Shown here: positions 16,771-25,516 of the stretch, one piece after another
How the letters are laid out: every line of letters begins with the position of its first letter
Position numbering within the stretch: the first letter of the stretch is position 1
Notes under the pieces: model-generated
The model's database searches: none
What the model saw: the letters and a program-made list of their open reading frames with translations, nothing else
Told to the model about the DNA's origin: nothing
DNA from: Phaeospirillum sp.
Lineage (GTDB): Bacteria > Pseudomonadota > Alphaproteobacteria > Rhodospirillales > Magnetospirillaceae
Direction of reading: 5' to 3'
Length of the DNA: 32,000 bases
Assembly: GCA_030651575.1 (NCBI GenBank)
Contig: JAUSFB010000027.1
Span: 336,897-368,896, forward strand
Translations under genes and position numbers: made by a program

Positions 16771-18609
16771 GTGGGCCGATGTGGCAGGCATGAAGGCTGC
16801 AGGCGCTGCCGATCACCGGACAGTGGGGGGATTTCGACCGTGGCGGAAGAGGCGGCTCCCGATCTGGGCGATCAGTACCGCGTCCTGGAGAAGACCATCG
16901 AATCAATCCGGATCGACCGCGAGAAGGCTCTCCGGCTCAAGGCCTGTGTCCGGATGGCGATGTCGGTGGCCGCGTTTTGCCTCGGCTGGTGGGGTTATGC
17001 CCGTGTCCACCAGGGCGAGCTTTCCATCCCCGCCCTGATCCACCACGCCTACCAGGCTTCACAGCTCCTGACCTTCAACATGCCTCATGGCCTGCTGTAC
17101 AGCACCCTGCCGTGGCAGCTCCAGGTCGCCCGGTTCGCCCTGCCTGGCTTGGCGATCTATGCCACGATCATGACCTATATCGACTTCGCCAAAGTGCCGC
17201 TGGCATCGTTATGGGCGGCCCGGCGCAGGGACCACATCATTGTCGCCGGCGATGGTGCCCGAGCCCGCGACATCACTAAGCGCTGTCTGGCTGACGGCCT
17301 GTCCCTTGTCGCGATCCAGAAGGAGGAGGGCGCCGAGGTCAACGCCCTCCGCGCCCTCGGTCTCACCGTCATCGTCGGCAGTATCGACAGCCCCAACACC
17401 TTCGGCCGCGCCGGAATTGCCGGCGCCCGGGCGGTGGTGCTGCTCACCGGGAGTGATTCCGCCAATCTGCGGGGGCTGGCCTCGGTGGATCAGGCGGCGC
17501 GGGCCAATCGGCCGCCAGGCGTTGCCATGCTCAAGGTTGCATGCGATCTCCAGGACCGCATGATGGCGTCGGTGCTCTCGGTGGCGTTGGCGGAACAGCG
17601 CGGCGGTCACGTCGAAAGCCATGTCATCGACTACATTGACAACGTGGCGCGTCAGCTCGTGCCGCGACTCGCTCCTGTCCTGGGCGGGCTCTCTGCACCG
17701 CATATCCTGGTGATCGGCGACGACGGCATGGCCCTGCAGGTGGCACGCAAGGTGCTGCTCAACGCCCCGGAATGCACGCGGCTGACCATCATTGCCGGTG
17801 GTGCCGACAAGGCGGCGCGGACCTTCTACGATGGCGCACCGGGGGTGGCGGGTCTGTGCGGCGTCAGCTTTGTCCCGGGTGGCGAGGGGCTCGAATGGGC
17901 TGGCAAGGAGGTGTTGGACGAAGCCCAGAGCCCGGCCCCCGCCGATGCCGTGATCATCAGCGCTGCCGATGAGACCGCCGTCGCTCTGGCAATCCTGGTG
18001 GTGCGGTGGCGGCGATCGCGCGGGCTGCCGCCGGTCCCGATCTTCGTGCGCCAATGCTGCGGTCAGGCTGTCATCCGGGCGGCGCGGCTGGCCGTCGCCG
18101 ATACCGGGCAAGGTGATATGCTGACCGCGTTCGGCGACAATGGCGAGGAATGTAATCCCGACATCTTGTTGCGGGGCACCCTCGATCGCCTAGCCCGTAC
18201 CATTCATGAGACCTATCTGTCCGAGGTGTCCGAAGGCCCCAGCGCGGTGCAGTGGGAAGTCCTGGACGAAACCTACCGGGAATCGTGTCGGCGTCAGGCG
18301 GATCATATCCATGTCAAACTGGCCCGGCTCGGCCTCGTGGTTCAGAGCGGGGCGGATTTGTCGGCGCTCGATCCGACCGATGAACAGGTGGAGGATCTTT
18401 CCCGGCTGGAACACTGGCGCTGGTGCGTCGACCGCTGGCTCGACGGCTGGACCCTGGGCGCTGCCAAGGATATCGCGGCCAGGACCTCGCCCCATCTCAG
18501 GCCTTATGATGAGTTGAGCGAGGAAATCAAGGAATTCGACCGCAGGGCGGTGCGCAACATGCGAAATCTGCTCGAGCGTACCGGTCTGGGCGTCGGAAAG
18601 GCGCCATGA
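16771..18609 (+). CDS. Membrane protein with channel-like 2-TM N-terminus, two Rossmann/RCK (TrkA-N-like) domains and a C-terminal RyR domain
   Basis: Hydrophobic segments VRMAMSVAAFCLGWWGYARV and FALPGLAIYATIMTYIDF. Rossmann starts HIIVAGDGARARD (about 17233) and HILVIGDDGMALQVARKV (about 17701). RyR-type repeat at about 18190-18580 (LARTIHETY...LEHWRWCVDRWLDGWTLG...HLRPYDELSEEIKEFDRRAVRNM). The start is GTG 16771 or, more likely, GTG 16840, which follows a G-run. Confidence 0.8.
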   Translation: MGRCGRHEGCRRCRSPDSGGISTVAEEAAPDLGDQYRVLEKTIESIRIDREKALRLKACVRMAMSVAAFCLGWWGYARVHQGELSIPALIHHAYQASQLLTFNMPHGLLYSTLPWQLQVARFALPGLAIYATIMTYIDFAKVPLASLWAARRRDHIIVAGDGARARDITKRCLADGLSLVAIQKEEGAEVNALRALGLTVIVGSIDSPNTFGRAGIAGARAVVLLTGSDSANLRGLASVDQAARANRPPGVAMLKVACDLQDRMMASVLSVALAEQRGGHVESHVIDYIDNVARQLVPRLAPVLGGLSAPHILVIGDDGMALQVARKVLLNAPECTRLTIIAGGADKAARTFYDGAPGVAGLCGVSFVPGGEGLEWAGKEVLDEAQSPAPADAVIISAADETAVALAILVVRWRRSRGLPPVPIFVRQCCGQAVIRAARLAVADTGQGDMLTAFGDNGEECNPDILLRGTLDRLARTIHETYLSEVSEGPSAVQWEVLDETYRESCRRQADHIHVKLARLGLVVQSGADLSALDPTDEQVEDLSRLEHWRWCVDRWLDGWTLGAAKDIAARTSPHLRPYDELSEEIKEFDRRAVRNMRNLLERTGLGVGKAP

Positions 18610-18625
18610 CGAGGGGGAGAGAGCA

Positions 18626-21600
18626 ATGGCGCGTCGTCTTGGGGAGGCGGACAATGTCTGCCGGGTTTTCATCAGCTCGACCTTCGAGGACCTGAAGGAA
18701 GAGCGGTCGAGATTAGCGCAGCGGGTCTTTCCCGCCCTTCGCGACCGCTTCGCCGGCGAGGGCGTCACCGTCGTCGATGTTGACCTCAGATGGGGCATCA
18801 GCGAGGAGCAATCCCGCCTCGACGGCACCCTCAACCTGTGCCTGACCGAAGTCGGCAATTGCGTTCCCTACTTCATCATCATCCTGGGCGGGCGCTACGG
18901 CTGGCGCCCGCCGATCGACCCGTTGGCGGCGGTCCGCCATCCCTGGCTGACCGCCTATCCCGACCGCTCGATCACCGAACTGGAAATCCGTTCGATCCTC
19001 GACAATATCGCGGCGGTGCGCGATTCCGGTGGTCTGGTCGGAGCGTTCTGCTATCTCAAGAATATTGAGGTGGGTGCTGCCGATGTCGATGCCGAACAGG
19101 TCCGCCTGCGCCAGGAACTGATGGATAGCGGGCTGATCGAGGCCCGAGCCTTTGCGTCGCCCGATGAGCTTGAGGCCGGGCTCCAGACCGACATGGAAGG
19201 CTTCCTGGGCGAGATGGCACAGCGGCTCAGTGCCAGCGCCACCATTCCCGAGATCGTCCGCAGCTACCACCGGACCTCCGTCGGGCAGCGGACTGCCGGG
19301 GCAGAGAATCCGGCCGAGCGAATTATCGGGCTGGAGCCCGCCGGCCATTGGGTGATCCATGCCGGCTGCGGCATGGGCAAAACAACGATCGCCTTCGAAT
19401 ACGTCCGGTCATTGCTGGCCCGGGGCTATCGCCTGCCCCCCGTCCTGACACCGACCGATCCCGCATCGGATGCGACCCGGATGGTGATCCCGGTTTTCCT
19501 GCAATATTCCAACTATGGTGGCCATACCGGGCGTATGGTCCAGGCCATCTTGGACATGCTGCCCGATTCCGGGCAACCGACCGTCCGCTCCGCAGCCGCC
19601 ACTCCCCTCTTGTTGCCGCTTCTGCTGGCCGAGCTGACCGAGCGGCTGGCCGAGAAGGTTCCCGGCGGCGGCACCATCGTGATCGACGGCATCGACGCCT
19701 GCATGGGCGACATCGTGCACGAGGACTTCGAGCAATTCATCGGTGCCCTTCCCCCCGGAATCCGCGTGGTCGTCACCATCGACAGCGCCAATCTCGATCG
19801 CCTGCTGCCACCTGGACGGCGTTCACTGGGCGAGGCGGTGACGGTCTCCGCCCTTCCCCCGCTTCCTGCCGGAAAGGCCCTGGCCGGGATCGAACGGGCG
19901 CTGGCGGTCTATGGCAAACGCCTGGACGACAGGCGGATGGCATCTCTGGCGGCGTCGCCGCTGCGCGACAATCTGCGCGGCATCGCCGAGATCGCCGATG
20001 AACTGCGCAGCCGCTCGACCTTTGCCTCCCTGGACGATGACATCGCACGCCTTGGCCGGGCGGAAACCCTGGACGAATTGCATGCGCTGCAACTGAGCGC
20101 ACGTCTTGAGGAGAGCATGCCCACCGAGGCGACCGCCTTGCGTCTGGTCATGGCGTTTCTGGCGCTGTCGCCGTCCGGGCTGGCCGAGGATCTGTTGCGG
20201 GCGGTGGTGATGGCGCAGAGCCCATCTCTGTCGTCACGCGACTGGTCGGTGGTGATGGTCGCCGTGCAACCCTTCGTGTCGCTCAAGGATGGCCGCCTGC
20301 AGCCCGCCGACCCAGATCTCCGCCGGCAGTTCGCGGCAATGGCGTTCGCAGTGCTGGATCGTGCTGCCGTTCTCGGCAGCCTGGTTGATTTCTTGTTGCA
20401 CCATCCGGCCGGGACGTGGCCGGTCTGCGAAGCGCTGCGCACCCTTCGCCATGCCGGCGAGACGGAGCGGCTTGATTCCTGTCTTGCCGACCCCAATCTG
20501 GTCATCGCCCTCGCCGGCCAGGACTGGCTTGAATTCCTCGCCTGCCTCAAGGCCGCCCTGGGCGGCCGCCCCTACTGGGAACTTGCCGCCCATCGGTATT
20601 CCGAGCGGATGTCCAATCATCCCGCCGCCCTGGCACTGCTGGCCCATGGCCTGGAAGCGGTGGCGGCGGCCCCGCCCAAGAAGGAGGACGATCTCGCCGG
20701 ATTCATGCTGACCGCCCTCGATGACGGTTACAGCGGCCTCCTGGAGGTTGCGGCCAATAACCCCCGCCTCACCGAGGGTGCCGATCTCGATGCCATCCGT
20801 CAGAGGGTCGAGCAGGGCCGGCCCGGTTTCCGCACCCTGCTGCATCTGGCCATGGTTCACTCCCCGCTCGAAGCTCTGTGCCTGTACCGCCGGGGCTCCG
20901 GAGTGGCCGTCCAATTCAGCGATCATTTCCGCACCGATCCTGCCATGGCCTGGGGCGGCATGTGCTTTATCAGCTACCGCACCATCCGCCATGAGCCATC
21001 GGGGCAGGATCTTCGCGTGCCCGATACCCTGTGGGGGGACCGCCGTCCGGCACCGATCATGTACTGGTCGACCGTCAAGGTGCTGGAGGAGGAGAGGCGC
21101 GCCGCCATCGAAGCCATGGAGGAAACGCCGATCCGGATCGCCCGCGCCAAGCTGAGGGGGGTTCTCGAACGCGGCCTGACCATCGCTATCCTGATGCAGG
21201 ATCTCGACATGGCTTCGGAGGTGATGTCCAAGGTTTTCGACGACGAGCACGGGAACCTGCCGCGGATTTACGACCATATCCGCAAGTGCAAGGTTCTGCA
21301 GCGGGCGGCTGCGGCCCTGGGGGATTTCGAGGCTCATTGCCGTTTTGTTTCCGTCCAGGCCGGAATGGCGTTGCGGTCGGGCAATCAGATCCAGTTGACC
21401 GATGCGCTCGCCGCTCTCGATCGCATCATCGCGGTGAACCGGGGTGAGGGCATCCAGCACTTCCTGCTCGGAATCCGCAACACGGTGGCCGAGGCGCTGG
21501 CTTCCGCCCTCGGCACCAGCTACCTCCCCGATGCCCGCGACTGGCGCTTCAACCATGTCCAGTTCGCCCAGCGCTGGATCAGGGGGGGCTATGCGGAGGG

Positions 21601-21829
21601 GGAGGCCCCGGCCATCGATTGGCCCCAGGTCGCCGCCCTGTTCGGAGTGCGTCCCGAAGACGAGGACTTCGACACGGAATTGGCCGAGGCTGGGAGCACC
21701 CCGATCAGCGGCGCGGCGGCATCGGCGATCAATACGCCGCCGCCAGAATCCGGTCTTGCCCTCCTGAAGGAAGCAAGCCCATTCCTGATCGTGATCGCCA
21801 CGCTGATCTACTGGTGGTGGCTATACTAG
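18626..21829 (+). CDS. STAND (NACHT-like) P-loop NTPase with N-terminal DUF4062-like domain and C-terminal hydrophobic tail anchor
   Basis: ATG 18626 lies 16 nt after the upstream stop and is preceded by GGGGGAGAGAG. The N-terminus VFISSTFEDLKEERSRLAQRVFPAL...VDLRWGISEE...ILGGRYGWRPP matches the DUF4062 pattern. Walker A HAGCGMGKTT (about 19364-19387). Walker B TIVIDGIDAC (about 19670-19699). The last roughly 20 aa are PFLIVIATLIYWWWLY-stop. Confidence 0.85.
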   Translation: MARRLGEADNVCRVFISSTFEDLKEERSRLAQRVFPALRDRFAGEGVTVVDVDLRWGISEEQSRLDGTLNLCLTEVGNCVPYFIIILGGRYGWRPPIDPLAAVRHPWLTAYPDRSITELEIRSILDNIAAVRDSGGLVGAFCYLKNIEVGAADVDAEQVRLRQELMDSGLIEARAFASPDELEAGLQTDMEGFLGEMAQRLSASATIPEIVRSYHRTSVGQRTAGAENPAERIIGLEPAGHWVIHAGCGMGKTTIAFEYVRSLLARGYRLPPVLTPTDPASDATRMVIPVFLQYSNYGGHTGRMVQAILDMLPDSGQPTVRSAAATPLLLPLLLAELTERLAEKVPGGGTIVIDGIDACMGDIVHEDFEQFIGALPPGIRVVVTIDSANLDRLLPPGRRSLGEAVTVSALPPLPAGKALAGIERALAVYGKRLDDRRMASLAASPLRDNLRGIAEIADELRSRSTFASLDDDIARLGRAETLDELHALQLSARLEESMPTEATALRLVMAFLALSPSGLAEDLLRAVVMAQSPSLSSRDWSVVMVAVQPFVSLKDGRLQPADPDLRRQFAAMAFAVLDRAAVLGSLVDFLLHHPAGTWPVCEALRTLRHAGETERLDSCLADPNLVIALAGQDWLEFLACLKAALGGRPYWELAAHRYSERMSNHPAALALLAHGLEAVAAAPPKKEDDLAGFMLTALDDGYSGLLEVAANNPRLTEGADLDAIRQRVEQGRPGFRTLLHLAMVHSPLEALCLYRRGSGVAVQFSDHFRTDPAMAWGGMCFISYRTIRHEPSGQDLRVPDTLWGDRRPAPIMYWSTVKVLEEERRAAIEAMEETPIRIARAKLRGVLERGLTIAILMQDLDMASEVMSKVFDDEHGNLPRIYDHIRKCKVLQRAAAALGDFEAHCRFVSVQAGMALRSGNQIQLTDALAALDRIIAVNRGEGIQHFLLGIRNTVAEALASALGTSYLPDARDWRFNHVQFAQRWIRGGYAEGEAPAIDWPQVAALFGVRPEDEDFDTELAEAGSTPISGAAASAINTPPPESGLALLKEASPFLIVIATLIYWWWLY

Positions 21830-22112
21830 ATATGACTTTGCGATTACCGGGGCGGGCTACGGCCTCCATCACACACAAATTGCGAAACGGCCCTCGCTAC
21901 ATCCGGCTCAACCGGCAAGATTCGAACCAACGACCGAGGTAGAGGGAAGGTATCGCTTCCGCCAGCAACTCCCCCCTTGCCGCAACCATCAACACCCTGA
22001 ATAAACGGTAGGGTGGGTATGAACACATGCACGGAAACCCCGCGCCTGAGCCCGGGGATTGGTGCATATTGGACCGAGAGACTGCGGCAGAGGAAAGCAC
22101 GTGACCGGCAAA

Positions 22113-23567
22113 ATGACAAAAGCGCGGACCAGAGTTTACGACCTTGTCCTTCCAATTTTGACCAATGCTGCATTAGGCACGGCCTGCCATTTCCTATTCC
22201 AATCCTGGATCGGCTGGACCGGCAGCGGGCGCGCCAACTATCCCGCCTGGATCGGCAACGGCATTCCTTTCCTGCAATTCATGGCGGTGGCGTTCCTGGT
22301 GGACCGAACCGTGCGCGCCGTTGGCGAAAAACTGCGCGTCGATGGCCTTTCCGGCCGGAACATGCCGAAGCTGGCCCAGCAACTGCTCTCCATCGTCATT
22401 TATTTCACCTTCCTGGGCGCATCGGTCGGCGTGATTTTCGACGAATCGGTGGGTGGAGTGCTGGCGGCCTCGGGCATTGTCGGCTTGGCGGTCGGCTTCG
22501 CGCTAAGGGGATTGCTGGCGGACGTCTTCTCGGGCATCGCCCTGCATTTGGATGCCAGTATCAACAGCGGCGACTGGATCGACGTAACCCTGCGCGGTAC
22601 GCAATTTTCCGGGCGGCTGGTCGACATTCAGTGGCGCACGGTGGTCATCGCCGACCGGTCCGAGAACTACGTCTTCATCCCCAACAGCGAATTCGCCACC
22701 GGCAGCGTGGTCAACCGCTCGCAGCCGCGGCTGGCCACGGAATACGGCACCAGCCTGCCCATTGGCAGCCAATACGACCGCGCCCGGGTGATCCAAGTGC
22801 TGGAAAACGCCCTGTCCCGCACGGTAGAGGCCAGCATCGTGCTAGCCACGCCCGCCCCCTATGTGCGCATCGGCGGGCTGGACGCCACCGGCGCCTTGAC
22901 CTATCGCCTGTTCTACTGCCTCGACCTGGACAAGATCAGCCCGGCGCGCGCCCAGCACCAAACCCTGTCCCATGCCATCGACTTCCTGAAGGCGGCCAAT
23001 ATCCGCCTTTATCCGGTGCATCACAGCGAGTACAGCCGCCCCGCCGCCTCCGGCGACAACCGCTTCACCGAAACCGACGCCCGCATGAGCGTGCTGGCCG
23101 ACGTACCGCTGCTGGCCGTACTGTCCCAGGCGGAACTGGCCGATCTGGCCCGCAATTCCGTGGTGCGCTTCCTTTCCGGCGACCAGCAGGTCATGCGCGC
23201 CGGCGAAGACGGCACCTCCATGGTGGTGGTGGTGGAAGGCCGGCTGAATATCATGGTCAACGCAACCAAGGTGGTCACGTTATGGCCGGGAGAATGCGCC
23301 GGCGAGATGTCGCTGCTGACCGGCAGCCCGCGCTCTGCCGACGTGGTCGCCGATGGCCCCACCTGCCTGCTGGAAGTCCCCAAGGCGGCGCTCAACCAAA
23401 TCCTCCAGGCAAACCCCATCCTGGTGGAACGCATCGCCGCCGCCATCGCCACACGCAAGGAAGCGGGCGGCCAGGCCTCTGGCAACGCGACCCAGACGGG
23501 CGCACGCGACGACGATGCCGGCACCCTGATCGCCAAGATGCGGAAGTTCTTCCGGATCGGGCTATGA
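22113..23567 (+). CDS. MscS-family mechanosensitive channel fused to a C-terminal cyclic-nucleotide-binding domain (bCNG-type)
   Basis: MscS core GIVGLAVGFALRGLLADVFSGIALHLD...GDWIDV...GRLVDIQWRTVVI...NYVFIPNSEF. cNMP-binding domain GEDGTSMVVVVEGRL...GECAGEMSLLTGSPRSADVVA. The start is ATG 22113 or the in-frame GTG 22101. Confidence 0.85.
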   Translation: MTKARTRVYDLVLPILTNAALGTACHFLFQSWIGWTGSGRANYPAWIGNGIPFLQFMAVAFLVDRTVRAVGEKLRVDGLSGRNMPKLAQQLLSIVIYFTFLGASVGVIFDESVGGVLAASGIVGLAVGFALRGLLADVFSGIALHLDASINSGDWIDVTLRGTQFSGRLVDIQWRTVVIADRSENYVFIPNSEFATGSVVNRSQPRLATEYGTSLPIGSQYDRARVIQVLENALSRTVEASIVLATPAPYVRIGGLDATGALTYRLFYCLDLDKISPARAQHQTLSHAIDFLKAANIRLYPVHHSEYSRPAASGDNRFTETDARMSVLADVPLLAVLSQAELADLARNSVVRFLSGDQQVMRAGEDGTSMVVVVEGRLNIMVNATKVVTLWPGECAGEMSLLTGSPRSADVVADGPTCLLEVPKAALNQILQANPILVERIAAAIATRKEAGGQASGNATQTGARDDDAGTLIAKMRKFFRIGL

Positions 23568-23703
23568 CCCGCGCTTGGCCATCCGGGGGAAAGTGACAAG
23601 CCAGGGCGCGTAAGGTTGCCGACCGGACGCGGAACGCAAACGGCCCCTCCATCTCTGCGCTAAACCTCGCCATGTCAGAGACACTCTGCCCGCCGAGCCG
23701 CTG

Positions 23704-24000
23704 ATGGCCCGGCGCGAGGATTGGGGCACCCGCCTGTCGGATACCATCGCCGTGCTGACAGCAGGCGTGGATGAGGCGAGAGAAACCCGCGCCGCCGTCC
23801 TGGTCGAGTGGAACGGCGAGCCCATGCATGTGGCGGAAAGCGGGGCTCCGGGCGGCTACGCCTTCATCTGCGACACCGGGCCGACCGGCGCGACATGGTT
23901 CTTCAGCCGCAACCAGAAGCCGAGCAATTGGGGCATCCGCGTTGCCGTTGCGCAGGTCCAGCAGCCGGATCCGCAGATCCGCGATGAGCTGTCCTGTTAG
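23704..24000 (+). CDS. Hypothetical protein (98 aa)
   Basis: The plus-frame ORF has strongly GC-rich third positions and a balanced composition. The overlapping minus-strand ORF (23392-24015) is Arg/Gly/Pro-rich, as expected for an antisense shadow. No family recognised. Confidence 0.4.
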   Translation: MARREDWGTRLSDTIAVLTAGVDEARETRAAVLVEWNGEPMHVAESGAPGGYAFICDTGPTGATWFFSRNQKPSNWGIRVAVAQVQQPDPQIRDELSC

Positions 24001-24342
24001 ATCGTCGAGCGACATCTTCCTAACACCCCTGATTGCACAAGCAGGTTACCACATGCCCCGTGCCCGGCAAGGCTTTGCCTTACGCGGAAAATGCCGATTC
24101 CGGCATTGCCGCCTGCCCTGGAAGCTCGCGCGATGACGGGAAATTTCATCAAAAAACCCTTAAGGGAAACTCTTTATCGATGCCCGATGGCGGCGCATGC
24201 TTGTCGGCATCGAGACCACAGGCGAGTAGGGTCCTGCGCCGCCTCAATCAACTGGTCAGACAAAACACATATTCTTATACATGGGCAGGCTGCAATATTG
24301 AGGATTGCGCGCTTCCAGCCGATAGAATGGACGCCAGATACA

Positions 24343-24756
24343 CTATTTTAGCATTCCGTCCTCAACATTAGGATCGTCCCACTTCGCGGCCACGGAGGCC
24401 CAGCGGTCGACCCAAGCCTGGAACTCCGGATCGTCGATCCGCATGTGGAACGTGTAGAGGCGATTGACGATCTCCTTCATCAGCTCGCGCATCTGGGCGT
24501 CATCGATGTGCGAGACCTCGGCCCACGGAATTTCCCGCCCATCGGCATCCACGACGACCACGTCGGAATAGTCCCCGGTCTTAGTGACGGGAACCAGACC
24601 GGCATGGATGTCTTCCAGCTTGGTGTTGCGCACGCACATCATGGCCATGACCTTGGCCAGCCTGGCGGCGATGCGCTCTTCGTCCTCTTTCCTCATGGCC
24701 GGATGGTAGCAGCGGGGCGGCCCACGGACCACCGCCTTCTCAACCGCAGTGACCAT
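24343..24756 (-). CDS. Hypothetical protein (about 117-145 aa depending on start)
   Basis: Protein-like ORF (…RIAARLAKVMAMMCVRNTKLEDIHAGLVPVTKTGDYSDVVVVDADGREIPWAEVSHIDD…) with GC-rich third positions throughout. Candidate starts are TTG 24780, ATG 24756 and ATG 24696; none has a strong RBS. Confidence 0.5.
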   Translation of the reverse strand: MVTAVEKAVVRGPPRCYHPAMRKEDEERIAARLAKVMAMMCVRNTKLEDIHAGLVPVTKTGDYSDVVVVDADGREIPWAEVSHIDDAQMRELMKEIVNRLYTFHMRIDDPEFQAWVDRWASVAAKWDDPNVEDGMLK

Positions 24757-24814
24757 TTCTGTCACCCGTGCGTGCGTCAATGCATGAACCGCCGCTCGAA
24801 CGGGATGAACAGAT

Positions 24815-25516
24815 ATGCATCAACCACCGCTCCGCCCCTTGGCATCGCTCTTTCTGATCGCCCTGCTGTCGGCCTGTTCGACGACGCATTTCCAAAGCGA
24901 GACGCTGGCGCGGCCTCGGGAGACGCCCGGCATTCTCTTGATGCCGCTGGATGTTGAACTGAGCGAGGTCAATGCCGGCGGCGTAGCTGAGCCGAAGGCC
25001 GACTGGACCGATCAGGCGCGCGGGAACATGACCGCGGCGCTGCGCGATATCATGGCCGGCAGGCGGGCCAATGTCGTGGTGTTCGACGACAACCGGCTGT
25101 CGCCCGAGGATGGCGCCTTGACCACGCAGTTGATGAAGCTGCACGAGGCGGTGGGCATGTCCATCCGCGCTCATAAGGTGGGCCTGTTCCCCCTACCCAC
25201 CAAGCAGGGCAAATTCGACTGGTCGCTGGGGCCTGATGTCGCCGTGTTGCGGCGCAACTTCGATGCCGATTATGCGCTGTTCGTTTTCATGCGCGACAGC
25301 TACAGCAGCGCCGGCCGGGTGATGGTGATTGCCGCCGCCGCCCTGCTGGGGGTGGGCATTCCCGGCGGCCAGCAGATCGGATTCGCCTCGCTGGTGGATC
25401 TTCGCAGCGGCGACGTGACGTGGTTCCACCTGCACGCCCGTGGGACCGGCGATCTGCGGACCACGGAGCCCGCGCGCGAAACCACCACCGCGCTGCTGGA
25501 GCAGTTCCCGAAATGA
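24815..25516 (+). CDS. Putative lipoprotein (233 aa)
   Basis: Signal peptide with lipobox: LASLFLIALLSAC|STT. The stop overlaps the next gene's start (ATGA at 25513-25516). Confidence 0.7.
   Translation: MHQPPLRPLASLFLIALLSACSTTHFQSETLARPRETPGILLMPLDVELSEVNAGGVAEPKADWTDQARGNMTAALRDIMAGRRANVVVFDDNRLSPEDGALTTQLMKLHEAVGMSIRAHKVGLFPLPTKQGKFDWSLGPDVAVLRRNFDADYALFVFMRDSYSSAGRVMVIAAAALLGVGIPGGQQIGFASLVDLRSGDVTWFHLHARGTGDLRTTEPARETTTALLEQFPK

Noticed and set aside
21915-21945. GGTTCGAATC-containing stretch on the minus strand (ggtcgttGGTTCGAATCttgccggttgagcc) resembling a tRNA T-arm/3' end. It could be an att-site remnant next to the STAND operon.
   Set aside because: The T-stem pairs only with wobbles and one mismatch. 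There is no matching 5' acceptor strand or CCA, no integrase nearby, and no match to the tRNA-Leu in the window. It is indistinguishable from chance without a tRNA or att search.
16393-22112. Possible direct repeats flanking the RyR/STAND operon, with shared short words such as GCTCAACC and TCCGGC in both flanks.
   Set aside because: Only 8-mers or shorter are shared, and in different order. That is about what chance predicts for two roughly 300-bp GC-rich regions.
23392-24015. 207-aa minus-strand ORF overlapping the end of the MscS gene and the 23704-24000 ORF.
   Set aside because: It has an Arg/Gly/Pro-rich composition and overlaps the well-supported MscS C-terminus. The plus-strand 98-aa frame has the better codon bias.
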